Shown: positions 21,561 through 35,708, counted from the stretch's first letter. The stretch: 64,000 bases of DNA from Octopus sinensis (GCF_006345805.1 NW_021832380.1:62001-126000), one strand, 5' to 3'. Program-made: numbers and translations. The notes: generated from the letters alone by a model not told the origin.

Positions 21561-21859
21561 CTAAGGCAAGAATGATAAAACTACTGAAAAACGAGATTAG
21601 CACTCAAGGTGGCTTTAGGCGTAAATCTGAGAGAAAATATCGAGCTGTGACGAAACTTTTCCAATGATTGGTGACTTTGTCGAAAGCCAATTCCTAAAGT
21701 TTATAGACAAAAGACGGAAATAGCCATTGACGACTTAGTGCGTAAGGCCTACTACTGGCCCTTAATTTTATGTCTAGTATCTCTTTGTGAAAATAAACCT
21801 TTCTTATTTATTTCTTAACGGTTTATTGGATTAGTTTGATTCTTGCCGGATAGTTAGGA

Positions 21860-22040
21860 AATTACTTGGATTGGTCGGCGGTAATTCCTTCCATAAGTAA
21901 CCAAGCTAGAGGGCCTCTCTGTTCCGGATGCCTCGAGTGCCACGGAAGGATAAATTTCGTAACCGACTAATCATTCCTTTGGTTTTTTTCGTCATAACAG
22001 GGCCACCATCTTGCGGTAATGCTGGCCAAACTATTCTATT
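21860..22040 (-). mobile_element. CRE-clade RLE-domain fragment
   Basis: The reverse strand gives PQDGGPVM and KFIPSVALEASG, homologous to the VFVPLAVETSG fragment at about 25320. Confidence 0.45.
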
Positions 22041-23479
22041 ATAACCAGCATTCCTGCACACACAAATTTATTACAAATTTACACAGATTGTGTCTTTTAA
22101 AGATTCAACAGATAATAACTTATCAGAAATTGTAAAATCATATTTAATCCGAGTCTTCCTGCCCACTTGTTAATTTCACAATGTTTTTCTTGTAGTTATC
22201 TCTTTAGAGCGTTCTTTTACTCAAATCATCGATCTCAATCTGTTGACAGTCGTCTTTGTCAATCCACTTAACCCGCATACTTTCTAGGATCCTCGTTATT
22301 AGAGTGTTTTGAACTTACACTTTGATTGAGTCATCTATTTTGAGAGTATTTTGGTGATGTTTGTAAAAAGTTGTTTACATTACCATTTCAAGTTTGCACC
22401 AAAGGTATTAAATTCACTTTCGCATTGTAAATCACTGCTAAATCACTGGTCGTATTTATGCATCTCTTCGACTTCAATTTATTTCAATTATTTTTGTAAG
22501 TGATCCCAGTCTCAATTAAGTTTATAGTTACGGGCGTATAACAACAAGCCCTGCTGCAAGATGAGAACGAAATGTTAACATCTCGCTTGGATCAGCCACA
22601 TTAGATCAAGACAAAGAGAGAACATGTTATTAAGAAACTAATTAATCCAAACAAAGAAGTGTGTCTCTGCTCCATCTATTTTTCTTTTCTGGTTCAGCTA
22701 CGGGCGTATCAAATAAAAAGTTGCACTATTAAACACGACATAACATTCCCTCACTTCGAGGAGGATGATTCCTCAACTTAAAAATAATATTTTAGATACT
22801 TAAACCACCGGGAAGACTCCGTAAGGTTCACATTCGTATCCATTAGATAATTAAAAAGTATTGAATGCGGCGACTTTCTTTTGATCAAAAAACCCATCGA
22901 TAAATTCCTAAAATGTTCGATTTTATATTTCCCGTTAAAATATTCTACAATTGTAGGAATATGTTTTTTCTTTGACTTAACGACAATATTTCACAATAAA
23001 GCATCTTTTCCCCCGCTTTCTCTACTAAACAAATATCCATTCACTCTTGTGTGTCATTGACACGAATCTTGTTTTTAGTTGGAATATGATAAATATACTC
23101 TTTTTTTATTAGATGTACCGACAATTTACTTGGATTCCACCTACGTTCTGATCAAGAATTTTAAACTCCGTTAATTCCACATCGATGATCACTATGTAAT
23201 AATTGTATAACGACAGGGCATGATCATTGATAGCTTAGACAGGTTATTGATTCAATTTGGTATTCAAAAAGTGACGATTCTATTGACGCACATAGCATAC
23301 TAAACAGTCGCTAATAGTTGGAAATATGATAATCCATAGTCTTTCTTTATTTGTCGACCTTTTGATTTTTTTCACCCCCCTAATATCTAATCCTAAGATG
23401 ATCCAACAATTTGGGCGGTTTCATTGCATTATTTGATAATGACATATTACACAGTAAACAACATGATTATTATTAAGCA

Positions 23480-23700
23480 CTTATTGTAGGGCCATAATTA
23501 TAGTCCCACCTGTGCAACAACCAAAACAATGTTAGTAACGAGTCTCCTCCATTTTCCTCGGTTAAGCGCTGTGAGCCGCAGCCTGTCCAAGTCATCACCA
23601 GTCTTGAAACAGGATTTGATTTAGCGAGGTCCGCATAGATTAACACGAGTCTCACAAAGGCATTGTAAAGCCTTGTCCGGAGTTGGATCTATTATCAAAA
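23480..23700 (-). mobile_element. RTE-like LINE 3' remnant
   Basis: RLYNAFVRLVLIY and LRLTALNRGKWRRL resemble RTE C-terminal motifs, followed by a TAA-rich tail. Confidence 0.4.
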
Positions 23701-23827
23701 GGATTTTTATAAATCCAAATGCTTAATATTCATTTTTATATTGCTAATTTTTTAAAGTAGAATGACGACTCATACAAAAACAAAATTGTAATAAAATAGT
23801 TATTGATCAAACTCAAGTATCTTGGTG

Positions 23828-25183
23828 ATGACAAGTATTGAATTAAACGATTTAACGAAAATAATGACATTCGAAGAACAAAACGGGGGCCAATTTCAAG
23901 GAAATTCTCTTTACTGGCCACTAGACGTAAGTACTGCTAACCACAGTCAGGAACACGACGTTCTCACATCATATGGGCCTATAAGAGTAGCCATTCAAGG
24001 AAACGTCCAAAATCCTGCAATTCTAACCTTCCACGACCTTGGAATGAATCGTAATCATTTCCTCTAACATCAGACATATCCTGCTTCCAGGGATTCTTCT
24101 CCCTCGCCGACGTCCAACCCCTCCTGGCCAGATTCTGTGTCTACCACGTGAATGCCCCTTCTCAACACCAGGGAGCAGCCACAGTCTACAAACAGTAATC
24201 CACTCATTTCACTTCAGAACCCCCTCCTTTTTAGACAGTTTTTTCAAGATTAGAGATGCATAGTGAGTCCTGGTGTAATTTGCAGTCACTATGAAGATTC
24301 CTCTCAATATCCCACTCTGGACGAGATTGCTGGCTCACTGTCCTCAGTTCTTGACTTTTTTGGGTTGGTTGTGGTGTTGTTCCAAGGATTCGTTCTTTTG
24401 TGGGGTTCGGAGTAGGAGCAGGAGCCAACATTCTCGCTCGTTTTGCAGTAGTTGATATTGTGAGTGTTTAGTTGTGTTGGCCTGGTTGTGTGGACGGACT
24501 GTACCTCATAAATTGTGACATCGGAGAGAGTTCCTGGAAAGAGTCGCTGGTCAGTCGAGTAAGGCGGTCCCTTCCTTCACTCTCAGTACAACCAGTGGTA
24601 TCTCAGGTCTGGACAGGCCAGTAAATTTGTGGTTGATTCGTACATGGACTATTGGTTTGGAGAGGTGATTTTTTTATAAGTTTTGCAGTACACGCAGAGG
24701 ACCAAGGAACCACTTGTGGCCTTCTACAGAGATCTTTTTTGTTCTTTTAAGTTCAAAAATTTAGCACTTTTTTCTGCTACTTTCAACGCGTTAATTCGGT
24801 GTGTTGATGTGTAGACGGAACTGCATTCAGTTGGAGAGATCGAGTGGGGGGGTTAATTTCAAATGTCCCACTGTGTTTGCTACTGGACAGTTCGCCCCAC
24901 TGTCTGAGCAAATTAGTCTGAATAGTGAGTTATTGGATCCTAAACTGTCTTCAGTGTTTGTGGTTGTGTTGCTTAGTGATCGGCAGATTTCCGACTGTGG
25001 GGGAATGCCATTGGAGGAACAGCCTTTGAAAGTATTGGAGTCTTTCACCTTGATGCTGCAAGGACTGGGATATGGTAAGTCAGGTCGGTTATTCTAGTCC
25101 CCTATTTGTCCAAGAAGCAGATGAGGAGTGAGAGTGTCATGTACTCGGGTGTTAGACTTACAGATCATTTCATTACTAACTAA
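23828..25183 (+). CDS. NDRG: NDRG family (alpha/beta-hydrolase fold) protein, multi-exon
   Basis: EHDVLTSYGPIRV..PAILTFHDLG.NH.SCF..F, CVYHVNAP, YPTLDEIA, FVGFGVGAGANILARFA, V.GLYLIN, LKCPT..ATG..APL, GGMPLEEQP.KV.ESF.L.LQGLGY. Tiny introns (e.g. GTAAGTACTGCTAACCACAGTCAG). Confidence 0.87.
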
Positions 25184-25260
25184 TATTTACTTAATCTGTC
25201 TTCACACTAACTAGTTTTTATTCCGCGTTCGACAGAGCAGTCTTCTATGGGATTAGACGT

Positions 25261-25557
25261 GAATTCACGGGCTGAGAAGAGAAAGAGTGAGAAATTCGCT
25301 GGAATTGGGAATGGCAGAGTGTTTGTCCCCCTGGCTGTCGAGACGTCAGGAATGCAGAGGCCTTCTACTCTGAGCCTATCCCAGCGGATTGGCTCACTAA
25401 TGGAAAGGATTAACGGCGACCCGTGTGAGCACCGGTATTTAACCGAACGAATAGCCACAGTCAGAGGCAATACTCTGGCTATCTGCCAATGACCAGTTTT
25501 CTTTAGTCCTTTTATTAATAAAACTTAAAATTCATTCCATTCACTCTACTTAAAATT
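25261..25557 (+). mobile_element. 5'-truncated CRE-clade insertion flanked by a 23-bp direct repeat
   Basis: Encodes RAEKRKSEKF..VFVPLAVETSG..RYLTERIATVRGN*. CAGTCTTCTATGGGATTAGACGT occurs identically at 25238-25260 and 25558-25580. Confidence 0.72.
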
Positions 25558-26422
25558 CAGTCTTCTATGGGATTAGACGTCAATTTATTTTTATTGACAT
25601 TTGAAGTAGAAATCTTTTCATCTCAATTTATTTTTACCAACTTATTCAAATAATCTTGGTCTATTAAACTAATTAATTGATTTTTCCAAGTCGAATCTGT
25701 GCACAAACTTCTTTTAAAGTGAACAAGGAAGGGAGAATTATTATTGGTCATATATCCGCAGTCCATATCGGGGGTATCCTGTAGTTGAGAATCGATTAAT
25801 TTAAAAATCTATAACAAAAATTATGAACATTTTAAAATGCCAAATGTTTTTAAATCAATAAATATTAACGTGTTGAGTTATTCGAAAATATAATAATGTA
25901 TTGACTACAAAAATTAACAACTATAACATTCTAGAAAATATATCTATCTATGTATTGACTTTTTCCAATGATCAGACAATAGGTCCTCAAGATCTGTTCA
26001 TTCAATAAACTCAATTTTTAAATGAATAATTTTAAAGACTAATTGGACAGTATAAACGGTGGCTCGGTTGGAAATCTCATTCCACGGTTCTATTTGTTCC
26101 GATGTGACATAATTCCCATTGTTTACAGTAAAATACGAAAATGCCACTTAACTCATATTTCAGCATTCCACAAATTTAGGAATTACAAGACATGAGCACG
26201 TTCCAATGGTATATAACTAACTCTTTCGATTAAAAAATATATCTCCCTATATTTCAATCTGTACGTTTTGAAAATTAAATTAAAAAGATCTGATTCCTCT
26301 TCAGATCAGCGAAAAAATTAAACTTACGATCTCGAATGGTTTACCACCTAGTGTTCAATAAAAGCCTTTTTAACGTAATGTTCTTGAGAAAATAATATAT
26401 TTGATAAATAACAAAATAGTCC

Positions 26423-29160
26423 TCAAAAAAAGCTGTTTCTTTCCAATCGCTTTATACGAGGCAAAGCACTCTCAATAGTAGCCTTGTCGATATATTCCAA
26501 GAAAGCATCGGCATCCTCGTTCCCAGTGAACAGCAAATGTAAATAATCCTTCTTCCGAAGCACAGATTGCGAGCAGACCAACTCCACACTGAGCAGCAAG
26601 TCGTTCACCGTCGGATAAGAAATGAGCCCTGTCAGTGAAGAGAGAGTTGTCTTGAAATGTTGACGCAAACTCGTGAAAGGGACACTCTGCACTCCTTCCG
26701 GCCGAACAGGTTTCGACTCCGCCAGCAACGTGATAGACGAAACAGTCAGCAAAAGTAAGAAAAAAGACACGTCCGTCAGACTCCCTCGCCCATCCCACAG
26801 TCTGTACACACTGATCAAGTCACTTGGGTTTTTCTGTGAAATGACAACCCAAAACAACCAGTTCCCGCAAGTTTACTTTTTGATAGAGATATGCCTTGAT
26901 AAGGTGCTTCTTCATCGAAACCACTCGGAGAGACTTGTCGACCAAAAGTTCCATAACTACCCTCTTGTGATAAAAAAACCATTTTTGATAGAATCTGTGA
27001 ATTCCCCGGTCACAGTGCGATTGCCCGTAAAGATTGTGTACTTTGTTGATGTGCCAGAGAAAGACAAGTAGAAACTGGCCGCCCCGAATCCAACAGCCAA
27101 TTTAATGACCTCATCGACGGAATGGTCTTCGAGTTGCCTCAACCGAGTCGAACTAGCAAATACAAAAGTGGAATCAACCCACGCAGTCTTTCTGCCAGAA
27201 GGATCCGTCGGTCCGTCAAAATGAGGCACCCGTTGATAAGCAGGTCGTTCTCCCAATTGAGCAGAGGAGTCTCAATTCCGTGAATGTACTTTTCCCCAAA
27301 ACGGACCACATTATTTTCCACATATTCCCTCATCGAATCCCCCAGTCTGTCCCCACACCCCAAAGCCACGGAAATCGGGACATCCTTCTCTCCTCGGAGA
27401 ATGGATTCAACCAGTCTGACAACTTCAAGATCCCCCAAATTGCCCCCAACACTGTCGCCCCACATTTTTGACAGGAAAGACACTCCAATAACATTCACGC
27501 ACACCACTGAGGGAGGAGATGACTCAGGGATAGATTCGGTTTGGTTAGAACAAGGCAAATTCGAGAAATGAACTCCAATGGTGGACTGGACATTGGGGCA
27601 CTTATTCCGAGAATCCTGGGCGAGGTCAATCAGATTCTCAAATCTCTGCAATGAATAATCACAAATAACTCGGAGTTCTCGGATTCCTTCAAAACTCAGT
27701 TTTAACATGTCGAGGTTTTCTTCTCCACGGAATTTGGCCACTTTCGGGTCAGTTTTTATGGTCACCACGTCATCAGCCATTTCGACCGTGACATCATCGA
27801 GTGGAATCTTTATTTCATATGACCCCAGTCGATCTCGCACAGACAGAGAGTGACAGTCGTTAAAAGAAAGGATCAGTTCCTTCGACCTCCTCCCAGGAGT
27901 GTACTCAAAGACCTTGAATGGAGCAGCCAACTCAATATCAGAGACATCAGATTCATCCACACTCTCCTCTTGAGGAAGCCGAATCTCACTCGGCAGAGAT
28001 TCTGACTCGACAGAAACTTTTGACGGAAATTCCTCTAAGCTGATGACCTCCGTCGGGGTATCTTCCTTGGTGGATCTGCACTAGGCTGGTCTGTGGTGGG
28101 CAGAGGGGCGTCACTGAGGTCGAGTGTGATGGTTTTCTTGGCTGTGGAATAAAGGAGTGGGGAATACTGCTTCGAAGACTGAGTTGATAGTCACATCGTA
28201 AAATGCCCTGAGGGTTATTTTGACAGAAACCTGCCTATCCCAACGGGAAATTGGCCGTCCGTTGAGCACAAAGTCAGTTATTGGCATTTGTTGCTGGACT
28301 GTCCCCCAAAACACGCATTTCAGAACGACTCTGCGAATTCGGGGCACATAGGCCAACGGATTGCCCGAAAAGTCGAACTAGACTAACTAGTAAGACTCGA
28401 CACGTTTTTTAGGTTTTTAAGAAGAGAGATGTCTTCCATTCTGCTCATGTGCTCAATGCAGTTAAGGGAGACGTCCAGATGCACCAGAAGGGGCAGTCTT
28501 CCTATGCCTTCCAACGATGTGAGCATATTTCCTCTCATTTTTAACATTTTAACTGGCCCGACAAGACTAGGCAGACTTTCCAACTTATTAAAGGACAAGT
28601 CGAGGATCTCCAGATGACTCATGTGCTAAAGGAGAGCTAAAAGACTACCTCAAGATGGTCGCCCAGGCAGCTGAGGGAGCAGAAAACCAGCTCTAGTTTC
28701 TTCAAATTGAGGAATCTCTGAGAATTAATTGGGAAATAAAACCAAAGAAGACAGAATGGAGGCATCGGTGCACTGAGTGATGCTCAACTCCTCGAGGAAA
28801 GGCCAGGAATAGTGTCTGAGAGTGGTCTAGAGGAGACAAAGTGAGGCAAACGCAAATATTGCTCGGACATTTGTAGAAAACAAGACTTTTGATTCCAGGT
28901 TGGATTAAATCAAAACTGTGAATAAAATTGATGTCAATTTGGACGAATTCGAGAGTCGAGACATTAGGGAACATTCCCACGTTGTAGAAATCGTTCCGCT
29001 CGTCCGAATCGTCGTATAACTAGTCAGTAGACACACCGCTCTGACACAAATCAGTGTGACTCGTCCAAGGAACTGCCCGACTGCCTCCTTTTCTTCAGTC
29101 GAGAGTGCACCCAGTGTGTTGTAGCATTCGCAAATTTCATTCAGTTTTGTAATTCCCAAA
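26423..29160 (-). CDS. STK11-interacting protein (LIP1)/nischarin-like leucine-rich-repeat protein, multi-exon
   Basis: LRRs (LEILDLSFNKLESL, LKMRGNMLTSLEG, LVHLDVSLNCI), LRR cap SGNPLAY..FVLNGRPIS, N-terminal MFPNVSTLE..IKSLVFYKC and a PH-like GCLILTDRRILL segment resemble the STK11IP architecture. The start codon was not resolved. Confidence 0.58.
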
Positions 29161-29396
29161 ATTAAATGTTTTGTCCCATTTATTATTTGGTTAACTATTT
29201 TTATTTCCTGCTCATTTTACTTTGTGTGTTATTTGATAGTCTAAACAGTCGTCTTATCAGGGACTTGACCATTCGATCTACAATTGCATAAAATATGGAA
29301 ATTGTTAATTTGAAAATTTTATTGTAATTAGTCACAATATATTTTACGAATACAAAAAGATTCGAACGCAGTGATAAATTAGAGAAATAATTTAAA

Positions 29397-30048
29397 ATGA
29401 ATAAATCATTGTTGCGTAGTCTCGTGTATTCACGTAATTATAGTAAAAAAATATGAAAAGACTCTTATCCATACAATACAGAACTATTTATATTTTCGAG
29501 AAATATATGCGGACACATTCCGACTACACAAGCAACAGTACTACGTAATGAGTGAGTCCAATTGCACTAGAAATGTGGGGATAAACAACTTGTCGGTTAT
29601 ATAAAGTCGGTTGTCAAAGATTTTCTGAGTCTCGTCGAGTTTGAGAAACCATTTTTCTTTTTTGTTATTTTGCTCGACAGGTCTTCAAAAACTCTGATAG
29701 AAAAACTCGTCTTTGAAATAAACCTCAAGCCCACATGCTCAAAGGAGTTTCCCGATCAAAGTCCCGTTTGGGGAAGTGTCGTCAAAATGTCTCAGATTCT
29801 GGGAAAAATCGAAAACTGTCTTTCTTGGAATCTCGAATTCGCCTGTCCTGCCTCTATTTGGAAAGATCACGTTGACACAAGTGAAGATGCAGAACTGGAC
29901 GAGCCTGGACAGGGGTTTATAGTTCCGCTGACGACCTTGAAGGACGGCGACTCGAGGGTACTTCATTAAGACTATTCGACAGATGCAAGTCTACATCGTC
30001 AGTTTTCGGATGCCTGAAGCTGTAACGAATACTATTAGTTCTAATTAG
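29397..30048 (+). CDS. MAD2L2: HORMA-domain protein, REV7/MAD2L2-like (missed by the ORF track at its N-terminus)
   Basis: Spliced MNKSLLLKKYEKTLIHTIQNYLYFREIY..KCGDKQLVGYIKSVV..FVILLDRSSKTLIEKLVFEI..IVPLTTLKDGDSRMQVYI matches REV7 (HLILYVREVYP, CHPELNQYI, VILDKE..VEKFVFEI, LIPLKTM..MQLYV). Confidence 0.65.
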
Positions 30049-30131
30049 CCAACTTTGTTCAAATTAGGCATAACTTAGTGTTTCCTGGTTGCAAAGAGAG
30101 TGAATGTTGATTAGTTATATGGCAATATAAA

Positions 30132-33100
30132 TTACAGGATGGTCACGGAGGGTGTCTGAACTGCATTGCCTTCCCTTCGTTGGGCGACCATATTGTTGAA
30201 TGCTTTAATTACTCGCAACTGCGACTGAATGCGCAATCCAGAACGAAGCCACAATATTTTGGCTGAGGGTATGTTTGCCGCGCTCTGACGGTCTTCCGTG
30301 ATCAACGTGATTTCGTCTTGTTGCATGCGTCCGACAGCAAGTCCTCTGGGCAGTTTTTTAGTAGGGATAAAAATCAGGAGTTGTTCCCAGAGTAGCCCCC
30401 CAATCCCGAATCCCAGACAAACCATCCAATCCACGAAGGGAAGTGGTCTCGTCTGGAAGAGAATCGAGCCAAACTGGACAATAATAACATGGACGACAAA
30501 TGTGGACCCCCAAATTGCCAGAAACATTGGATTTTTAAGAATGTTCTCAAACACGTTTCTTTCTCCATGAATTTTGCGACAATTGACTTGATTGAACAAA
30601 GTCATAATCACAAACACGTTGAAGATGGCAGTGTAGTCTTTGTAGGGGGATGGAGACGACAAAAAGTAGTTCTCTAAAAGTAAGGATTGACATCACTACC
30701 GAGGAAGAGGAACATAAAAATGACGATCAACTGGTAGACTGCATGTCCTACAATCGACTTCATCATATTCCGAGAGATCAGAGCTTTCGTCCGTCCGTAC
30801 GGGCGTCGTTTAAGCAATTTCTCCGTCGGTTTCTCGGTGGCCAGAGCAAGTGAGGCGAACGTGTCCATAATTAAATTAACCCACAGCATTTGAATGGCTG
30901 AGAGAGGACTATCCTACCAAGTCAGGAAATTAGACATGACCAGAGACACGGCAGATCCAATGAAGGCTACAACCACAGCGACCAGGTTGACTGTGAGTTG
31001 GAAGGTGAGGAACTTGGCGATGCTGTCATACACATTCCGTCCCCACATTACTGCCTTGACAATGCTTGTGAAGTTGTCGTCCGTCAGAATGATGTCGGAT
31101 GCTTGTTTAGCCACATCTGTGCCGGCCATTCCCTGCCCTGAGTCACTCCCAGAATACCATGGCGAACCCCACGTCTGCCTTTTTGAGAGCTGGGGCGTCG
31201 TTGGTGCCGTCGCCAGTCACTGCAACCACTTGCCGGTTGTTGGTGAGTTCGCTGTTGATTATTCCGTTAATAAGAGTGTATTTGTCCGTGGGGGAAGACC
31301 GGGCCAGCACTCTCAGTTGGGGCCAGATGGAGTCCAATAATTCTTGCTTGATCTGCGATGTCATGGGAGAAGACTGCCTTGTTGTTAGAGTCACGTATTC
31401 TGCGGTTGAACTCGCTGCTTTCGATGACCAGAGAATCGTCTCCCGAGATGATTATTCCACATTTGAGGGCAATAGATTTTGCAGTGTTCAAATTGTCCCC
31501 AGTTATCATTCTGACGACAATTCCAGCCTGTTTGACCTTTTCGATGGCCCCGGGGACCTCGTCCCTGATAGGGTCCTCAATTCCTGTAATGGCCAAAAAA
31601 GTCATTCCCCGCAACACCGAATCCTCGTCCTCCCAATTGGGCTCTCCTAAAAATGTAAAAGCCAACTCTACGACCTCGCTCTGTCGGAAAGTCCTTAAAT
31701 GCAAGACAGAGAGTGCGGAGGCCTGACGTGGACATGACGGCGATCACTGTGCGGTATATATTGTCTCTGCCTGTATTGGAGAGCGACCGGATGCCTCCAC
31801 CCTCCCCAAGGACATGGGAACATCTACTGTCTTAAAACTCCACTACCGAAGGAGAATAACTTCCGTGGCTCCTTTGCAGTACAGTCTAAACCCTTGGGGA
31901 GTCCTGACGACAGTAGACATGTACTTTCTGGTGGAATTGAAGGTGTAGAGCTTGTGGAAGGAGATGGTCGGGGTCTGTTCTCTGATTTCTGCGTAATCCA
32001 TGCCCAAAGTTTGTAACAGTCCGAGGAGGGCACATTCCGTCTTATTCCCCATCTGCTTAGGTCTCCCAGATGGGTCCTCCACTAGAACGGACGTATAGGC
32101 AGTGTTGACGGATATGGACTCAGAGAGGAGTTGGAGTGTGGTGGGAGGAATACTTTCGGCAGAAGGGACATATTTGAAATACTTATCTGCCATATTGACA
32201 GTGAGAATAAAACCAGCAATGAAGAGTTCGACGACAGTCATTCGATTAGTGGTGAGAGTCCCTGTTTTGTCCGAACAGATGGTTGTGGCACTCCCCATCG
32301 TTTCACAGGCGTTCAAATGTCGCACCAAGTTGTTGTCGTAAATCATTTTCTTGACAGAGTAAGCCAACGAGATTGTCACGGCCAAAGGCAGTCCCTCTGG
32401 AAGGGCCACCACAAGGACAGTTATCCCGGTTATGATATGTCCAAGCAGTACGTGGATGTGTTCTCCACTGTCCCATGACTTTTTCTCGGTCGCAAAAGTG
32501 TTGACCACAAACCTGAGTACGAGTGTCAGAGTAGTGAGAATAGCCATTGAGAGACCTTCATTGTGCAAATATGCAATACCGAAAATTCCGATTTTCAGTG
32601 TCAGTTTGGATAGTTTGCTTTGGAGGACAGACTGTTCAGTCGAAGTGTCCAAATGGTCCTCCTCCACTGGGAATAGTCACGTTAAACTATACAAAATTGC
32701 TCGGAAATTCCTTCCTGTTCTTCCTTGTCGACTGGAAAATAAATATACAAAAAAACCGATATTCTTAACTTTTTTCTTCTTTTTGTTATTTCCAACTGCT
32801 CCCAGGAGAGTGGCAATGATGCCCGACTGGGAATGGACCCCCACGGCGAGCACAATCATATTCCCACTCCCTTCCATCACTGTCGTTCCTGCAGAGATTA
32901 TGTGTTCCCTCGACCGGAATAGACGAGGGGATTATCCGTTTTATTTTTTTTGACAATATCAGATTCACCCGTAAGAGAACTCTCGTCCACTCGGAGGTCG
33001 TTTGAGTGGAGGATAAGTCCGTCCGTGGGGATAAGGTCCCCATATTTAAGGTGGCAGATATCCCCGACTACAATGTCCGACACATTCACGTTGATCAGTC

Positions 33101-33628
33101 TTCCTCCCCGAGTAATCGAAAAATGTTTGTCCTTTGTTATTTGTCCGTACAGTCCGATAAATTGCTTTTCTTTTTGATAGTCGTTGAGAGCAGTGACGAG
33201 GACCACGACGACCACAGCGAACATAATCCCCACTGTCTCAATCCACTGGTATTCGCTGTGTGGATCTGCAAGTAATGCGAGGACAGCACCTTTGCTGGGC
33301 ACGAAGGAGAGTGCAAAGGACAGTACAGCCGCTATAATAAGAATAATCAGGATTTTGTCATTGGCAGCTTCGAGGACGAGTTTGAGGAAGGTTTTTGGAG
33401 GTTTTGGAGGGATAGTGTTTGATCCGAACTGTTGTCGTCTTAGTTCGATTAAATTTGGATCGAGTCCTCAAAAGTCAAGTAAATCAGTTAACCTGAGGAT
33501 GGTTTTGAGTCGAGGAGGGTACAGATGTTGTCGGTCGATTGAAAGTGATCGGCGATGAATTGGGTGGCCTCCCGTCCTCTGCACTTGAAGAGTTGTCCCA
33601 GTCGAGCAATGTTGAGATTTTGCGACAT
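30132..33628 (-). CDS. ATP2B: Plasma-membrane Ca2+-transporting P-type ATPase (PMCA), multi-exon
   Basis: [17 protein letters not shown], phosphorylation site [68 protein letters not shown] and a calmodulin-binding domain [20 protein letters not shown]. Confidence 0.96.
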
Positions 33629-34859
33629 GCCAATGTGATCCGCTGCAGAATAAATATTAATCTAATAATCGGATTCTGATGTTATGAAGAGAAACTAACA
33701 GCAGGAGACCCGTTAAACAAGAGTAGACGGGGGCGGAAATATATTAAGTATTTATGGTATTGATTGCCACTTACTAGGTGTTATTGACTGCCAATTATGG
33801 CTATTCATTAGATCGGAGAATTGTCGGTTCAGCACTATATTTTGAAATTAATTGCTTTTATTTTATATTATTATTTCGCCCTAAAAATTTAATAATATTG
33901 ATTATATTTGTGTTGGATATCAGTTGTGTCATCAAACCTTGTCTCCTATCGCTATTGTCTCTATGATAATAATTGCGTGTTATTTTGATTGTTAAACACT
34001 TTTTCCAGCTTTCTTCCTGTCACCACTTGACTGCTACTCGATTAATATCTTTCTGTTCGATATTTTAAATTAGGCATTTATTAACCAAACAGGTTTAATT
34101 TCAAAACCTTAATTTACTTGATTTTTCGATAATTTACTGAATATTCCAGTTTGACTGACTTTTTATTTTTATCAGTTTTACATTTTATTTTAGGTAATGA
34201 TTGGTAAGACAAATTTAATACGAAAAGTCTGGAAATTAAATTCTAGGAGTTTTTCAATCTTTAATTTTGTTTTACTTTAATTAAACTGATTTCTTCTCCA
34301 TGAGAATCTCTTGGGTATACTCAAACTGTTAATCAGTTTAACTAGTCGGTTCTAAACTGTGTTTCTCTACGGGCATTGCAATATTGTTTTAGGCGATTTG
34401 CATTTCCTAAAATATGTCAATTATTATTATAATTTTGTGAATGGAATAATCTTTTCAAATATTTTAGAATTCCTACCAACAGGTAGTTTTTATTAAAGAA
34501 AAATTTATTAAATCAAAATCTTTCTATATTCCAATGTTGATAGTGCTCCACCAGACGTTATAAAATAGGTTTTTTCGAATATTTATTTGATCGAATCCAC
34601 TCTTCATCAAAAGACAGACATGAAATTAATCATTTATTGCGTGCACTTGATACACAATCACTTCTGAATTAACTTTTTTAGAAAACTAACAATAGTGGAT
34701 GGAGGAATATATAATAATGTTAAAGTTAATGATTCCCGACTATTTCATAACGTTTTTGATTTCTTATTCACATTTTAGACTAACTTTTTTTAATTGATGT
34801 GAATAAAAAACCCTGTTTTATAAACGATACGATTCCAACGATACGACTCACCTTGTTTT

Positions 34860-35446
34860 TATGCCACGAAAGTGCTGGAATTTTATGATTCCTTGGTTCG
34901 TAGATCTGCAGAGAAAATTCTCAATGTGCATTTCGACAATATTGCCTGGTGTCAGGCTAAACTTCCTGTGAGTCACGGAGGTCTGGGCCTCCGTTCCAGT
35001 ATTGATTTGGCTCTTCCTGCCTTTCTTTCTTCTGCGTCTGGACATATTTCATTGTCCAAAAGATTCTGGAAAAAACTACTGAATCATCGTTGGACTCTGA
35101 TATTGATCCGGCCCTCGCTCTTTGGAAACACAATTTCTCTGAAGTCCCTTCCGATGTCTTTTCTCAGCGAGATTGGGACAAAATTCTTTGCCGTCGATCT
35201 TCAACTGACTTAGAACCACTCCTCGACCAACACAGACTGGCTTGTTTCCGTTCCGCCTGTCAGCCATACTCAGACTCCTGGCTGAATGTACTCCCTTCTC
35301 CGCTTTTGGATACTGTCCTCGATAGGGATTCACTCCGTTTGGGTATCTGTAATCGCCTTGGACTCCCTGTCTGTAGACCTCACCCCTGTCGTTGAGGGGA
35401 TAAAGTTGACGCCTTTGGGCTACATTTTTTGTCTTGTCGTGAACGC
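34860..35446 (+). mobile_element. CRE-clade retrotransposon fragment (thumb to zinc finger)
   Basis: WCQAKLPVSHGGLGLRSS..LALPAFLSS, SDSWLNVLPS, LRLGI..RLG.PVC.PH.C, DAFGLHFLSC. Confidence 0.78.
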
Positions 35447-35572
35447 GAACCCATCGAGTTCAATCGGTGTGTGAGAACTCGCGGGTGTGCATTAAGGTGG
35501 ATACCCCCATACGCACCTCGATTGTTGTCCAGCACAACAGACCCGATATTGTGGTCCACGATAATTTTGAGT
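35447..35572 (+). mobile_element. R4/Dong-like RLE endonuclease fragment
   Basis: VDTPIRTSIVVQHNRPDIVVHD (HNRPD motif). An inverted homolog lies at 54550-54665. Confidence 0.55.
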
Positions 35573-35579
35573 TTACTCA

Positions 35580-35708
35580 CTTGAGATGCAGAGGTGGGTG
35601 ATTTGTCTCCCCAATTTGATATATTCCAAACAATTCGAGGTTATTGAAGAGAGTGGAATTGGATTCGTAGTCGGTGACCTCAAAGACGGGACAGTAGACG
35701 ACTTCGCT
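35580..35708 (+). repeat. Duplicate of the first ~130 bp of the protocadherin coding region
   Basis: Aligns ungapped with 37460-37588 with about 6 mismatches, including the start ATG. Confidence 0.9.

Noticed and set aside
31159-33558. Numerous plus-strand ORFs of 70-170 aa opposite the PMCA gene (similar cases opposite POLR3B, the LRR gene and WNK)
   Set aside because: They are antisense shadows of GC-richer coding sequence with no recognisable motifs or independent splice structure.
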